From the NCBI GenBank assembly GCA_019828565.1, contig JAHDYR010000002.1, positions 1 through 64,000 of the forward strand: DNA of 64,000 bases. Reading direction: 5' to 3'. The translations under genes and the position numbers were made by a program. The DNA comes from Carpediemonas membranifera BICM. Its lineage: Eukaryota; Protista; Fornicata. Positions 1-12,178 of the stretch are shown one piece after another (position 1 is the stretch's first letter; each line of letters starts with the position of its first letter). The notes below the pieces were generated by a model. That model searched no databases. It was given only the letters and a program-made list of their open reading frames with translations, and had not been told where the DNA came from.

Positions 1-904
1 TTCTTGCTGCATTCTACGCAGTTTATGCACCAGCCAGCTTCTGCCGCAGCAATGACACAGCACCAAGAGCGTGGCACACACCCTTCAATGACCCATAGCA
101 GGTTGGGTGGGTCTTGGCGTCAGGCTGTTTTTCTTTTCAATCATTTCCAATCATATCCTGCACAGACTTCCGTTGATGAAGAAGTTCTGCTATGACGAAG
201 CCGGCTTGTCGCGACGAGAACTGGGCCATAGAACTGAAATCGGCATCCGAATATCGCGGCACGCATGGGTATTTACCCCCATGAAATGTTCAAAGTGTGT
301 TCGTGTTCGGTCATTCCGCCGTCAACGAGCGCCATACGAGACCTCCAAGCATACGCGCATGACTGCATCGGCTCTTCCCGCCTGTTCTTCATGTCGTCAC
401 ACCTGCCTCCGACATTTTACTCGTGCGGTGTAGTCATTGCTCTTTTACGGTCTCCCCAAGTCCCCCTTTGCCGCGAAGGTGACTGACATGGCGCAGATCG
501 ACAACAAGAAGAAGAATAAGATGCTGAAGCTTGGTAGCTTGCTGAACTGGTGCCACTTTCTATGGTGGGCAGTTGCAGTTGTCACGTAAGACACTCGGAA
601 CCGCTCAGAGATTGTCTCAACTTCGTGAACGTGAACTCTGCACTACCGATTCGCGGCACAACGCCACCCACTTGCCTCGGAATGTACGATCTGGCAAATG
701 CAGATGCTCCACTTCGACCCAACGAAGCGTCCCACTGCTGCCGAATGTCTTGACAAGCTCAAGGTCATCATGCGCGTGCATGAATGCGTCGCCAAGCCGA
801 GTCCGCTTCTGTTAGATGACACTGAACAGGTCTTACTCTCTGTAGATCAGCGAAAGAGAATGGTCGACTGCTGCCAACTGGGGGTCCTGGAGGAAAAAGT
901 TTAG
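1..904 (+). pseudogene. Ser/Thr protein kinase-like gene, C-terminal part, frameshifted and 5'-truncated by the window edge
   Basis: Joining frames across homopolymers gives YRGTHGYLP(H)EMF (subdomain VIII, ~254-290) and SDI(Y)SCGVV (subdomain IX, ~408-435). MLHFDPTKRPTAAECL (subdomain XI) is in ORF 698..904. Confidence 0.6.
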
Positions 905-1662
905 GTATGCGATTCGAAAGGGTCGTAGCATTGAACTCGAAACCATGAGTCCTAAGAACACCGGCGCATGCCCAACACTCACCCCCGGTGGCCTGGCCGT
1001 GGTTTGAACATATACCGACACATAACTGGGTAAATACGTAAATGTTGTGCGAAAAATTGCGTCTTGTTCTGCACAGAGCGATGACGAAACTAAAAACGGA
1101 ACAAGAAGAGGCCTGAAGATTTAACTGCCCGGCGGTGCAGGTTCGTCAAGTGGCCGGAGATGCCGCTTCCAGTAAGGTGTATGCCGTACAGCTCGCCGTA
1201 TCCATCTCCGTGCCCGTCTCCATCCCCCCACTCCGCCTTCAACGCCAGCCCCCCGCCACGCCTGTTGTAAGTCCGCCTCCATCTCCTGTCCGCAGTTCAC
1301 CACCGAGTCTCGAAATCGAATCACCTCACTACCATGATTCCCCGCAATACCATGATGTATGTGATGACCATTAAACGATCTCCTTCTATACAATGACTTC
1401 TGAAGCCGTCCGACCAACGGCACAGAACGGTTTATAGCATGCATATGATCCATTCTGGTGCCTTTATCCTCTATAACCAACATCAGTCCATCAAAAGTGA
1501 ATCTTGCAACAGAATACTCATCCACACGCATCGAGAACGAAAAAGAAGCATATAACCAACATCAACAACCTAATAGAAGGCTGCATGCAAGCGTAGAGCT
1601 CTCCTAGTCGATTCTTCAATTTATCAAGCATCAATCTCCACGTCAGGATGAAATCAGTGTTT

Positions 1663-1819
1663 AAAGCTCAGAGATGCCGTTATAGATGATATAACGACGT
1701 CTCTGAGCTTTTCAGCGATGTCAGTTTCTGGCCACGTCCAAGTTCGGCTCTGCGAAAATAACAGTGCATTGCACTATAAGTCATACATTTGGAATACAGC
1801 AATGCACTGTTATTTTCGC
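1663..1819. repeat. Two adjacent inverted repeats
   Basis: 22-bp arms at 1663-1684/1690-1711 (2 mismatches). Perfect 21-bp arms GCGAAAATAACAGTGCATTGC at 1752-1772/1799-1819. Confidence 0.85.
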
Positions 1820-2284
1820 CAAAACCACGCTGACCTACCATTGTCCATGGGCTTGACGGGGGTGATCTTCTCGGCTTGGATTTGGCTGAAACTTGGTATA
1901 TGTGTAGTATTTGATATGTTAGGACGGATCCAAGATTTTTTTACATATCGTTCGAGTCTATTTACCGAGATATACGTAAAGCAAAAAAATTAGGGTTGAG
2001 TCTATTCTGGCTGAAAAGCGGTATGGTGGGTTCTCTGACTGTCTGAACACGGCTCCAGAAGTTTTTACGTGATGAATTGGCATATTTATATTGCTTTGCG
2101 TAAACAGAAAAATTTTTGACAGTACCTACAATCAACTACCTGCATATACATGCTATAAACATGCTTAAAATGCCTTCAGTCGTACGTGCTATATACTAAA
2201 AGCTCTTCCTGCATCTTATTTCGAAAGAACAAAAATATTCACTCTGAAAAATAACACTGCATTGCTGTGAAATTTTGGAAAAAG

Positions 2285-3805
2285 ATGCTAGATATCACTA
2301 TTCTACGCAGCTGGATTCGTGAGCATCATGAGAAGACCGTTAGGATTGCTTCTGCTGCACCTGGTCAAGAGCGTAAGGCTATTCGAGCAGATAAGAGTAT
2401 GTTCGAGAGATGGTTCGCACTCCGGACGAATAAGAGCCGCTTGGAGCACCTCAAGGAGCACAAAGTGATAACGAAGACAGCCCCTGAGATGCGCGCTGGT
2501 CGATAACATCGTCATTGACGAGATTCGTGATGTGTTTGGTCTCGCTGGCCGAGTTTCACTAATGGATCTCATCAACAAGGCTTCCCTTCCCGAGCTCATG
2601 GCCATTAGTGACGACCTTGCCCGGCCCGAGCTGTCTAAGGTTCCTGCAGGCTTGTTTATGGAGGATGATCAGGTTGAAATCGTGCGGAAGCAGTTTTTTT
2701 GACCACTACACCGGATCAGCGATCACCTTTTGAGGATAACCGCGAGGCTGTCATGCCGTCACATCGTGGCTCTATTCATCTAGAAGGAACAGGCCGTCTC
2801 TTTCTTCCAGATCAAGTCAACCTGATCCTTCGCGCTCTCTTCGTCGCCCCTGAGGGCACTGTCGAGGCCCGCCGCGTGCATTCCCCCTACGAGGACATTC
2901 TTTCTGGTTGCAAGAATGATCCGGGAAGCGATGTGACATCAGCCCAGCTTGAGCGGTTGCGTCGAGATGTTGCCAAGGCAGCCGCCGAAGCTATTCAGGC
3001 AAGGAATGACCGCGAGGAAGCCATACACTCGCTTGAACTCGTTACTGCATCCTATGCGCAAGATACAGGGCATGCATATGTGACACCACCCGCCAGCGAC
3101 GCCGTGGAATTTTTCCGACACTGACGAGGACGAGTCCGATGGCCACGCTGAACCGGCCGCCATGCAGGGTGACGGCGTTCCTTTGCCCCAGACTGATCAA
3201 GACGTCGAAGTAGAGTCCGATGTGGACGACACAGACACCGTTGGTCTCCCAGACGGTTTACGATGTTGATGCAGAGGCCGATCATGACGTCCGCGAGCCA
3301 GTGTCCCTGCTTAATCACAGCTTAGCACAGCTAGACGACACCATTGCAGGCCTTGATGATGTACCCGAGTCTGTGCGCTTGTTGGAGCAGTACGAGCCCC
3401 TTGATGAAACGGCTTGCTGAGGAGAGGGAGGCGAGGGAGGCGCTTGAACAGGCTAACAGAGATTCTGAGGAGTCCCAGAAGAGACTAGAAGCTGAGTTAG
3501 GTCAGCAGAAGGGCGAGGATCAGGCGATCCATCAGTTTACTCAAGCAGAGTTGGCACGCGCGAGTGAGGCTGGGCTTGAAGCACTCGCCGATGAACTCGA
3601 AGACAACTGGGCGGAGCTTATCAGGCGCGCCGAGGAGGCAACAATCGAGCTTGACCGCTACGTTGCTCTCGCTGCCTTGATGGAACTGTTCCAGAGGAAC
3701 AATGTGGCTGGAGCTTTGTGGACTCGGATCAATAGCACCATGATGAGGTACGGGGGCCAGAAGTTCATAACGGTCCCACCCCCTAGACCTCGGTCTTACG
3801 CCTGA
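2285..3805 (+). CDS. Hypothetical acidic/coiled-coil protein, probably one ~500-aa gene split by frameshifts
   Basis: Successive same-strand ORFs 2267..2506, 2699..3124, 3220..3420 and 3344..3805, several breaking at T or C runs. E/A/R/Q-rich helical C-terminus. Confidence 0.45.
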
Positions 3806-4500
3806 GATGAAGGCTATCATCGCACAGCACTCTCGAGAGAAGAAGACAAAAAGCTCGTGTAACACAGGGAGAGAAGCTGGAGTTTCCCCTGGAAGGGCGT
3901 TCATGCTAGTGGAGCAGTTGAAGTAAATGGGCACGGCGACAGGGCGGAACAAGCAACCGCGAAATAGAGATATCAGGTCATCCCCTGACATTGTATGGCG
4001 AGAACTGTTCTCAGTCTCCCGCTTTGGGAGCTCTAAGATCAGTCTGAGATGAGTTACAGATGTCCACACGGTATTCGTCAAACTGAGCACTTCTCCAAAT
4101 GAAATGTACTCGTGCTGCTTTTAATGAGTCTTTGTTGTAGTCATAAAACATAAGCAGCACCAATTGCCTTCATTTTTGCCTGTTTCTGCCATTATTGATC
4201 TGCATATTGATTCCAAGCGACTATCTAAACAAAAGCGGCTTTGAATTTCTTCAACAATGCCAATTCCGCGCATAATGTCCGATGAAATGCTGACCACTTG
4301 TGATGCAGCTCCCTCAGGCGTTTCTAGATGTGGTTTCATTGGTTTCATTCTCAGTGACACCCTTTACATAATTCATTTACGTTATAAAACATATCGAACG
4401 AAATGAAGCAAGTGCCGAAAAAAAGAAGTCTCCTGGAACCTATCGCGCGTTCACTGGTCATGATCTTACTACAAATCTTTCAAAGATCACTTTTCGGGCC

Positions 4501-5636
4501 ATGTTGACATGCTTCTTTGTCATTGTCGATGATATCGACGTAGACAGTGGCCTCTCACTGGGAATGCCCAAAGACTCCGTGTTATCGGCCTATAACACTG
4601 TCGTGTCGAACTTGCTTGTCCCTGTGTACGGTGGTTTTGTTGCTTTGAAGAAGAAGAACTTCAACGAGAAGGGGTTGCTAGACTGGGCGAGAGATTTGGG
4701 TTATAAGCTCGGTTACACCAAGACTAAGCCGATCATCTACCACCAGTTGACGCCGAAAGAGAAGCCTAGCGCCAAGGATCTGTCAGTTTTCATGAAGGAG
4801 ATGGCGAATGTCCTCAGACTAGCCAACGCCCCTGATATGGACATCGAGAACCTGAAGAAGATGAAGTTCATCTTCCCGACAGGTCTACTTCTTGATGCCA
4901 GGCAAAGATATCACAAGCAAAGCGTGCAGACCAAAAAGGCTGAGGGGAGATGAACCCAGCTTTCCTGCGTCTCCAATCAAATCTGAGTCACTGCTCAACG
5001 ATAACAGCCTTCTTGGATCCATTAAGACTGAAAGAGATGCGAAGACTCCCGCTCGTGACTCTTCTCTGACAAATCCTTCGGTCCAACACCAAATGATCCA
5101 GGATCTTCACCAATACGTTGTTGGTGAACGAAAGTTCGATATGGCACATCAGCAAGAGCTGAAGCGTCCTACTGCTGATGACAGTGATGACAGTGATGTC
5201 AGCATTGCTGAGAAGACAGGTCCGCTGATTTCTTTCGATATGTTTATGCGTCAACTAGCATTTTGCTGCGGGCATTGCACTTCCCCGGATTGGTTGGGCA
5301 ATCCGGAGAACGAAACTGACTTCGCCCAGTGCGGATCATGCAACCGCTACTACCATGGGAGGTGCGTGAGGTGGCTCAGCAATGGGAAGAAGGCCATTAC
5401 CAATTTCACGTGTCCGGATTGTGCTGCTGCTTCTGAATGCACCCGCTGCAAGGCTAAGATCAAATCGTCAAAGGGAAGGGACTCTTTCTTCTGCAACATG
5501 TGCAAATCTTGGTATTGCAAGCCATGCGGTGTGGCCATGTGGGAGACCTCGATTGATGGAACCGTTGCCAGGTTCTTATTTTTGCCAGGTCTGCAAGGAA
5601 AGCCTCCTGGCACTGAATCCGAGTCTGGCATTGTGA
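4501..5636 (+). CDS. Double PHD-type zinc-finger protein, module 1 (frameshifted)
   Basis: ORFs 4501..4953 and 4892..5674. C4HC3 finger CGHC..CGSC..H..C..CPDC, then CTRC..CNMC..CKPC..CQVC (last pair after a T-run shift, stop 5636). N-terminus resembles ORF 45824..46141. Confidence 0.75.
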
Positions 5637-5848
5637 GAGTAAAGGAAGGAAGAAGCGATCCAGCCTTTATGTAATTTAATCACTTGCGGCTTATCTACAT
5701 ACAGCGGCCGGCCGGGGTTAGCCACTCACTGGGGTCAACATCATCCCACGGCAGCAAATTCGCTGCAGTAGATTGACTGTCGTCCCCGCTGGGGAAGGTG
5801 GGGAAGGTGTGGAGACGTTTCTATTACGCGTTTATTGGGCAATGTGGG

Positions 5849-7372
5849 TCAAACAACAATTTCTGCTGGTATTGGTTTCTCATACAACGGCATCCATGGA
5901 AGAGTTGGTGTCCACCGCAGAATATTGTTGTACGCGTACCACCGTTTGTTGAGTGGGTTGAACAGCCAGTAAGTGCTGGGGGACTTATCCATCAGTGTCA
6001 CTGCATATTTTGATGCCTCAAAGCGCGCAATAGCAGGAAACCCATGCGATTGTCTCGAAACCACAGTTTGTCTGCTCCCGCCGTCTACTCGCACATAGAT
6101 AAGGACGTTGTTGGGCAATAGCACAAACTTGGAAAGTGGGTACAACCTATACACCTCATGTTCGCTGCAAGGAATCGGGTTTGGGTCCAAAAATAGAGAT
6201 CGGACAATGTTGGGGATGAGTCGGGATCTACCGATGAGATAGCAATCATTGCCAGATCTAACGATCATAAACCTAGACTGTGCAACAAAGATGATTGCGT
6301 CGATCCAGACAGGTGTCCTCCTGAACCCCGGATGGGCGACATCCGTCATGTCATCAGCGGGAATATGACCAGTGGTATTACCGGTGAAGAACTGGGCTGG
6401 GACTATATTCTTTGTCTTGGATGCCCGGACCGTTCCGGACAAGATAACAAGTCCAGGCACGGCCCTGATCCCTCCAAGATTGACGGGAAGTTTCACCTTA
6501 GCAAACGAAGAGAATCGGTGAGTGAGGGCCACATCGTGTCCAAACCAAGCCATCATATTAACGCCATACTCCTGAGAAGGCGCTGTAACGAGCACCCCGT
6601 GCATTGTGTGCAACATGATGTAAGTGTTGCAGTGGCAGTCAAGAACAAATCGATGCCTGCACCACAGATGCATCTTGGCAAGCTTCTCAGCTATGGCTGC
6701 GGGGAAAACCGCCTGATGGACAGATGTAACACGAGCGAACCACAAGTTGCCAATGTAGAACGCCTTGCTGGTTGAGAAGAAGAAACACTTGCCATCAGAC
6801 CAGAACCGCATGATCCGGTGACGGAATGAACGATGATTGTCGTGGAAGACAAACCCACAATAATGCACGAGCTCTGATGCATCATAGCTCTTGATGACAG
6901 TCCGATCTCTCTTAGCAACACTATGTGAAAACATGAACTTCCTGCACATGAACCAGAGAGCGCTCGAGTCACCATCGGTCACCGTCCTCAGTATGGCCCA
7001 CAACGTCCCTTGTATAAGCGTGTGAAGACGGTCGGGCAGCGATTCGCCTTCGCGAAGCTGAACATCCATGCTTAGCTGTGGATGGCTTCGCAGTTTGATG
7101 ACGCGAGAGAGAATCCGGGCAACCTGCGATGCCTGATCCGAATTCTCAAGCTCTTGCGCGTGAAGACAAGCAAGCTGAAGCATGTCATCAAACGTCTCCA
7201 GGTCTTGAAAGATGTGATAGAAATGCGAACGCGCAGGGAACATAAAGAAGACCCTTGTGGCTTGTTCTAAATAGCCCGGCAGGTTGTTGGGCAAAGTTTT
7301 GCACAGGACACAAGAGTTCCAGTAAAGGTCACAAACACTGAGCGACAATTGTCTGTGATTAGAATCAGTCAT
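5849..7372 (-). CDS. Helical N-domain plus RCC1/BLIP-II-like beta-propeller protein, module 1
   Basis: Intact ORF, likely start MTDSNHR at 7372. LHTLIQGTLWAIL..ALWFMCRKF aligns with LFTLLQATVWAIF..PWWFACKMF of the 44491 paralogue, which has the RCC1-type motif WIAGDNTHGQLGVG. Confidence 0.6.
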   Translation of the reverse strand: MTDSNHRQLSLSVCDLYWNSCVLCKTLPNNLPGYLEQATRVFFMFPARSHFYHIFQDLETFDDMLQLACLHAQELENSDQASQVARILSRVIKLRSHPQLSMDVQLREGESLPDRLHTLIQGTLWAILRTVTDGDSSALWFMCRKFMFSHSVAKRDRTVIKSYDASELVHYCGFVFHDNHRSFRHRIMRFWSDGKCFFFSTSKAFYIGNLWFARVTSVHQAVFPAAIAEKLAKMHLWCRHRFVLDCHCNTYIMLHTMHGVLVTAPSQEYGVNMMAWFGHDVALTHRFSSFAKVKLPVNLGGIRAVPGLVILSGTVRASKTKNIVPAQFFTGNTTGHIPADDMTDVAHPGFRRTPVWIDAIIFVAQSRFMIVRSGNDCYLIGRSRLIPNIVRSLFLDPNPIPCSEHEVYRLYPLSKFVLLPNNVLIYVRVDGGSRQTVVSRQSHGFPAIARFEASKYAVTLMDKSPSTYWLFNPLNKRWYAYNNILRWTPTLPWMPLYEKPIPAEIVV

Positions 7373-7498
7373 GTTCCCCCTATAGCTGTTCTTAAACTGC
7401 ACTGCCAAAATGAGGTGGAGAAAATGGCATCGACATTTTTTTACGTAGGACCAATATAAACAGCGAAAAAAACGTAAAGGAAACAAAACTGGGAGGAC

Positions 7499-10069
7499 AT
7501 GCATATCTCCACACAAGCTACTTTGGTCATCTGGAGAATGACACCTTACGGTAACATTCTAGCACCATCAAGCGTTTCCGCCGTCAATGTCATTCTAGCA
7601 AACGTTTACACCTCGATCCAAGGACACCACGCTAATGGCATGGATCGACGGTTCCGTCAATGCGATAAGGATTCGCGTTCGTTGTTCAAGGCTGTCTTGC
7701 TATCTCTAACTGATGGTGATATTGACAAGAGCATTCTTGATCCTGTCTTTGTTTCCTTGCTTGATGGTAATACGGATCGTTTTCGACGTAACATATGTGC
7801 TACTGTCAGAGAGTACACACCAACATGGTCCCATGCCTTCTCACCTGCGTCGGACGAGAGAGATAGCTTGTGCGAGGACAACCACCTGCTACTCGAGAAG
7901 ATTGAGAACACCGAGCATGCATTTCAGTTCGCAATGGCGCTCAAGCGGATCACTGAAGGTGTCAATGTCGTTGATGATGAGGTTACTGTCTTTAACGCGA
8001 TCGCCAAAAGGCTGGGTATCCAGACCATGAAGTTTGATGTCTCACATTATGCTCTCAAAGACCTTGGGTGTGATATTAGGAACGTGTTCGGAGTGAAAGA
8101 AGCCATGAAAGATCACGAGGCAGATTTTTTTCGAGAGTCTTGTACCAGACGAGATACACTGTTCGCACAACACGTTTCGTTATGATCAAAACAACCAGAA
8201 GTTCCCTCTCGAACATACGACACGTTTCCCAATTGCAGCTGACGCAATAGGCTCCTTGCCGGTTCCGGTCAACAACTACTTACATGATGGAACGCACATT
8301 ACTATCTTCTTCAACAGCGAAGATGAACGAGATCAATGTGTCTCCATGCTTTCCCACCCTCAACCCCACCAAGTTGAAAAGCGATCGGTGGGCCTTTGTC
8401 AAGTCGGTTAAGTATAACATTTCCAGCCGTATTGCACGAGGCATTCAGTCACCACAGTATCTCGAGACAGCCAGAGATATTTGGTATGATACAACGACAC
8501 ATGTTAGCAGAGAAGCGCGTGTTGAAGCTAGCTACATTCCAGTTGACATTCTCATCTGGTTTGATGCATGGCGAGGGACTACGACCGCTGTCAAATTCAG
8601 GCTGATTGACATGACAGGAGAGGTCTTTCCGCAGAGAGTGACATCACCATTCAGACTGCTTGAGTACCAGGGAAAGGAGGATCTTTTGCCAACATACTTT
8701 GAGTATATTCAGTCTAACGTGGAAGAGGCAATCCAGAAGTCATTCCAAGTGCGAGAAACTGGAAGGTGGGCAAGAATCAACAGAGTATTGCTGATTGGTG
8801 ACCACCCCTGCCATGTCGACAGTTGTGGGCTCGCTGCAAGGAGGGCATTATCCATCGCCTTTCCAATCGAATAGTAAGCGAAACATGGGTTGGATGCCGT
8901 TTGGCGCCACGTTCCGGACCACACTTCAGCACGTCCTCCAAGCCAAAGAAGGTAGTATTGCTGAATCTACATCGGGTATTCCAGATCCTGCCGCGCACTG
9001 GGGCAGCTTTCTCCTGGCGACTGACCGAAGGCGTTCGTTGGAATACAGAAGAAGAAGGTTACGTCAAACTCTCTTTGAGGGATCGTCGATTGCTCCTGAC
9101 AGTGTGTTTCTTATCCCCCAATCATGCACTGTTGCCATCATTTCATGGGTCAGGTGGCCCTAATGGCGGGAATGTTCAAACCGCGGAATGACGGCTCACG
9201 AGAAGAGAACGCTCAGTGGGGACGTTATCTGCAATCTATCCAAGATTTCAAACCGCCAGATCGTACAACTGGGTGTAATGAGCATATGTTAGGCCGCAGG
9301 TTGATGGCCAACATGGCAACGACGTACTATCATGCGTTTCCTGTCTCTGTTCAGTCCATCTTCAGACTAATGGGATATCTTTTCTCCCATTATTACTCAA
9401 CTGCGACAGTGACGGAAGATATCGTGTGGTGGCATCGAGTTGCTGCACTGTTGGTCCACTTACTCCATGTAAGCCTCTCCTTGGTCACTGATAAGCCCAT
9501 CCCGGTTCCCACACCATCCGAGGCAAAAATCAATGCGGCCATTCACTCAGACGCTATATAGCAATGCAATTGTCGCAACCATTCCCGAGATACAAGCCGC
9601 AACAATGCTTCCTTTTGGTGTCATCATTGAGGAGTACTTCGAGAGAGACTTCATTGGCAACCAGGATGCTCGTGTACATTTGAGGAGGAACACAGTTCTG
9701 CAGCAAGTTATTCTGAGAGAACAAGCGGAGATGTTCTATCGGTTCCTGCGCGGTCCTGTATCTTATGGTCGACGTGAGGGCCACGTACCACTTCTTTCCC
9801 CTCTGATCAGCCTCCGAGTACACAAATGTTGCAAAGATCACGCTCAATGGATTCGTATTCAACAGGATATGACAGAAACGTTGCCAAAGTCTGATGTCAA
9901 CGATCTGAATAGAAAATTCGAGCAGAACGTCGCTCATTTGTGGGAAAGCATGCTGAGACGAGCGCGAAAGTCATGGAACAATGAAGACTGGCTGTTTATC
10001 AAGGTTCGGGATGATCGTGAGAACGGTGTTCGTCTTGACGTGTGTCTATGCAGAGAAGGCTGTCCATAA
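7499..10069 (+). CDS. RAG1/Transib-like DDE transposase, copy 1 (several frameshifts)
   Basis: Collinear with 46160..48757: IWFDAWRG (D at 8563), LIGDHP..GGHYPSPF (D at 8800), RTTGCNE, LYSNAIVATIP, FGVIIEEYFERDF (E at 9641). Confidence 0.7.
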
Positions 10070-10137
10070 ATCGTAGTTGTATTTAGCGGGGGAGACAATA
10101 ATCAACCACACGCCCGACCAAGCAGGAAAGTGACGCC

Positions 10138-10178
10138 CCTGGGATTGACGGGGGGAAACCCCGCATATTCCGGCAGCA
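10138..10178 (+). other. Conserved stem-loop downstream of the transposase stop
   Basis: CCTGGGATTGACGGGGGGAAACCCCGCATATTCCGG matches the minus strand of ~50692-50730, CCTGGGATCAATGGGGGCAACCCCACGTATCCCGG. Confidence 0.55.
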
Positions 10179-10661
10179 AAACTTCGCTGAAACGGAACCA
10201 CATAATTACTTGACTGATTTTGGATCTTAGAGAAGACTTGACGCGCATAAACTCAGGTTGATCGTCAAGATCTCCGAAAGGAACGCAACTGCTGCCTAAA
10301 TCACCTTTTTATCATTATTAGTCGGTTCAGCTTTTTTCTCGCAAGTCCGTCATCATTTCGTGACATAATCCGCGGGATCCGTAGCGAACGATGACTCCTC
10401 GGAAAAAAACACATAGTTGTGCTCTACACTTGACCTACATTCCAAATATTCACTTTGTTCTTTCCAACGGCTCAGTTTTGTCATGCGTTGACCGACCAAG
10501 AATGTGAGCGTACACTGACACTATTGGTTGCATGATGTGAAACATCGTGTATTGCGTACATGAACAAAGTTTTAAGCTGTTATGACTCGTATTCGTTGAG
10601 ATATGGCTGTTTGTTCATACGCCTAAAAATGCACACATGGTCAAATCTGTCGAAACAAAAA

Positions 10662-10797
10662 AGAATTGGGAATATCTCGGGAATGACACGTTGCCGTTTT
10701 TCAAAAATCGGGCAAGCCCAACGAATGATAGTATGGGATCGCCTGCATCATTTGCAAAAAAACGGCAACGTGTCAATCTCTAGATATCGCCAATTCT
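10662..10797. repeat. Subterminal imperfect inverted repeat with 40-bp arms
   Basis: Perfect core TGACACGTTGCCGTTTTT / AAAAACGGCAACGTGTCA with imperfect outer arms. Confidence 0.8.
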
Positions 10798-10940
10798 GCA
10801 TAAAAACTTTTTTTTGCAAGGCATAGAACTCTACACTGTGAGCACTAGTGTATTAGTGCTTGCAGAAGCGGTTACTTGAGTCGATGAAGTATACGCACAT
10901 GACATAATTAATTAAAACAGTTTAATATTGAGTGAGCCAC

Positions 10941-11038
10941 CAGGAATTTCCCTTATCCAATCAGGGAATTTCCTCGGGGGAAAGCCCGAGGAAATTCCCC
11001 TACCCAATAAGGGAAATTCCTGCACCCTGGACAGTATG
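10941..11038 (-). mobile_element. Right end (type c) of a CATACTGT-family DNA transposon
   Basis: Ends ...GACAGTATG at 11038, identical to the last 9 bp of the TSD-verified end at 41844. Four GGAAWTTCC palindromes centred 23, 45, 70 and 92 bp from the end. Confidence 0.75.
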
Positions 11039-11214
11039 ATGGGAGCACAGAGACAGTAACAACATCAAGAAGACCTCTCGATTTACGAGAGGGGCCGAAA
11101 CGCCGCTGAAGAGGCCGCGGGCCAAGATGTCAGGGAACGAGCGCATGGAGGGTGCCTGAGCTGCAGCTTAGCTTGCTTATTATTGATTTATAAACGGGTC
11201 GAATTCTGAGAACG

Positions 11215-11918
11215 ATGTCGGAAGAAACGATCGTAATCCCCTCGGAGGGTTCTAGCATGTCTCGTCATGACTATGAGCTGCTGTTTGACAAAATACCGGC
11301 AGACTTGAAGGATATTGACTGGAAGCAGGAGGGTAGCTCGTTCCTGGACCGGGACATCACGATAGCGGCCAACGGTGTCTCCAAGAGCGTACAGCTGTAC
11401 ATGACTGATCAGCGCACGCTATATGGAGGCACCGCTGGCAAGGGCATCGCGTCTCGTGCCGAAATCCCTGCGAAGAGCATCATCGGCCTGTACTGCGGCC
11501 GACTGATCGACTTCCAGCCGGATGACCCCACGTACTGCACTCGCGTTGGCACGACGAAGTTCGCTATGGATGCGTCTTCACTGATGGGCAAGCTTGGAGT
11601 CCACACGGTGAACGACTCTGCTGTTTGTAACATGCCTCTCCCCCAATTATTTAGTACCACAATGTCAGTGCTCTTCTGTGCCATGTTTGTGTGGAGGATG
11701 CAGTCTTGCCTGTCATTGTATATGAAGCAAGCGTTGACATTCGTCCGTTTGAGTTCCTCTCGGTCGCCTACGAAGATGACTATTGGGCTGACCCCTTTGT
11801 TTGCCGGCCTCTCGTTGTCGCTGACTTCGAGACACTGCTGACCGACAAAGAGATGACGAAGGAAGGCAAGTTGACCTTGGCATTGCAGTTCTTCGACAAG
11901 GTATCCACGAAGAAATAA
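11215..11918 (+). CDS. SET-domain protein with a 32-nt intron (11623-11654)
   Basis: GKGIASRAEIPAKSIIGLYCG. Splicing GTTTGT..TTTAG gives in-frame NDSAYHN..ASVDIRPFEFLSVAYEDDYW (SET NHS and ELxxxY-like motifs), 223 aa. Confidence 0.75.
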
Positions 11919-12178
11919 ATATCTGTCTGATTGAGTGATAGTCAAGCGCCACGGGTGATACTACGTCCGCCAACCTTACCTTGCCTTTAAGTATGCCAGT
12001 ACAAAGCACTCACGTGTTACCTTACCATGTAAACAGAGAAATGTGGCATTTATCAGTTGAAGCAACGCCCAGCCCACATCAATATGGGCTGTAGGTTACG
12101 TTTCTGCTGTCTCTAGACGCGCAGTGATCTCACTTACCACCGAACATTTCTTTAGAATTTCGTTCTGAAGAAACCGAT

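Noticed and set aside
2118-2126. GACAGTACC as another family terminus
   Set aside because: Two mismatches at the tip, no palindrome at position 23, and no partner end or TSD.
5849-7372. Calling the propeller protein a RAG2 homologue
   Set aside because: The motifs look RCC1-like rather than kelch, and the PHD is a separate gene. Only an analogy is supportable.
10834-10840. CACTGTG, a perfect RSS heptamer, near the RAG1-like gene
   Set aside because: A 7-mer is expected several times by chance in 64 kb. There is no convincing nonamer at 12/23 spacing, and the supported end is at 11038.
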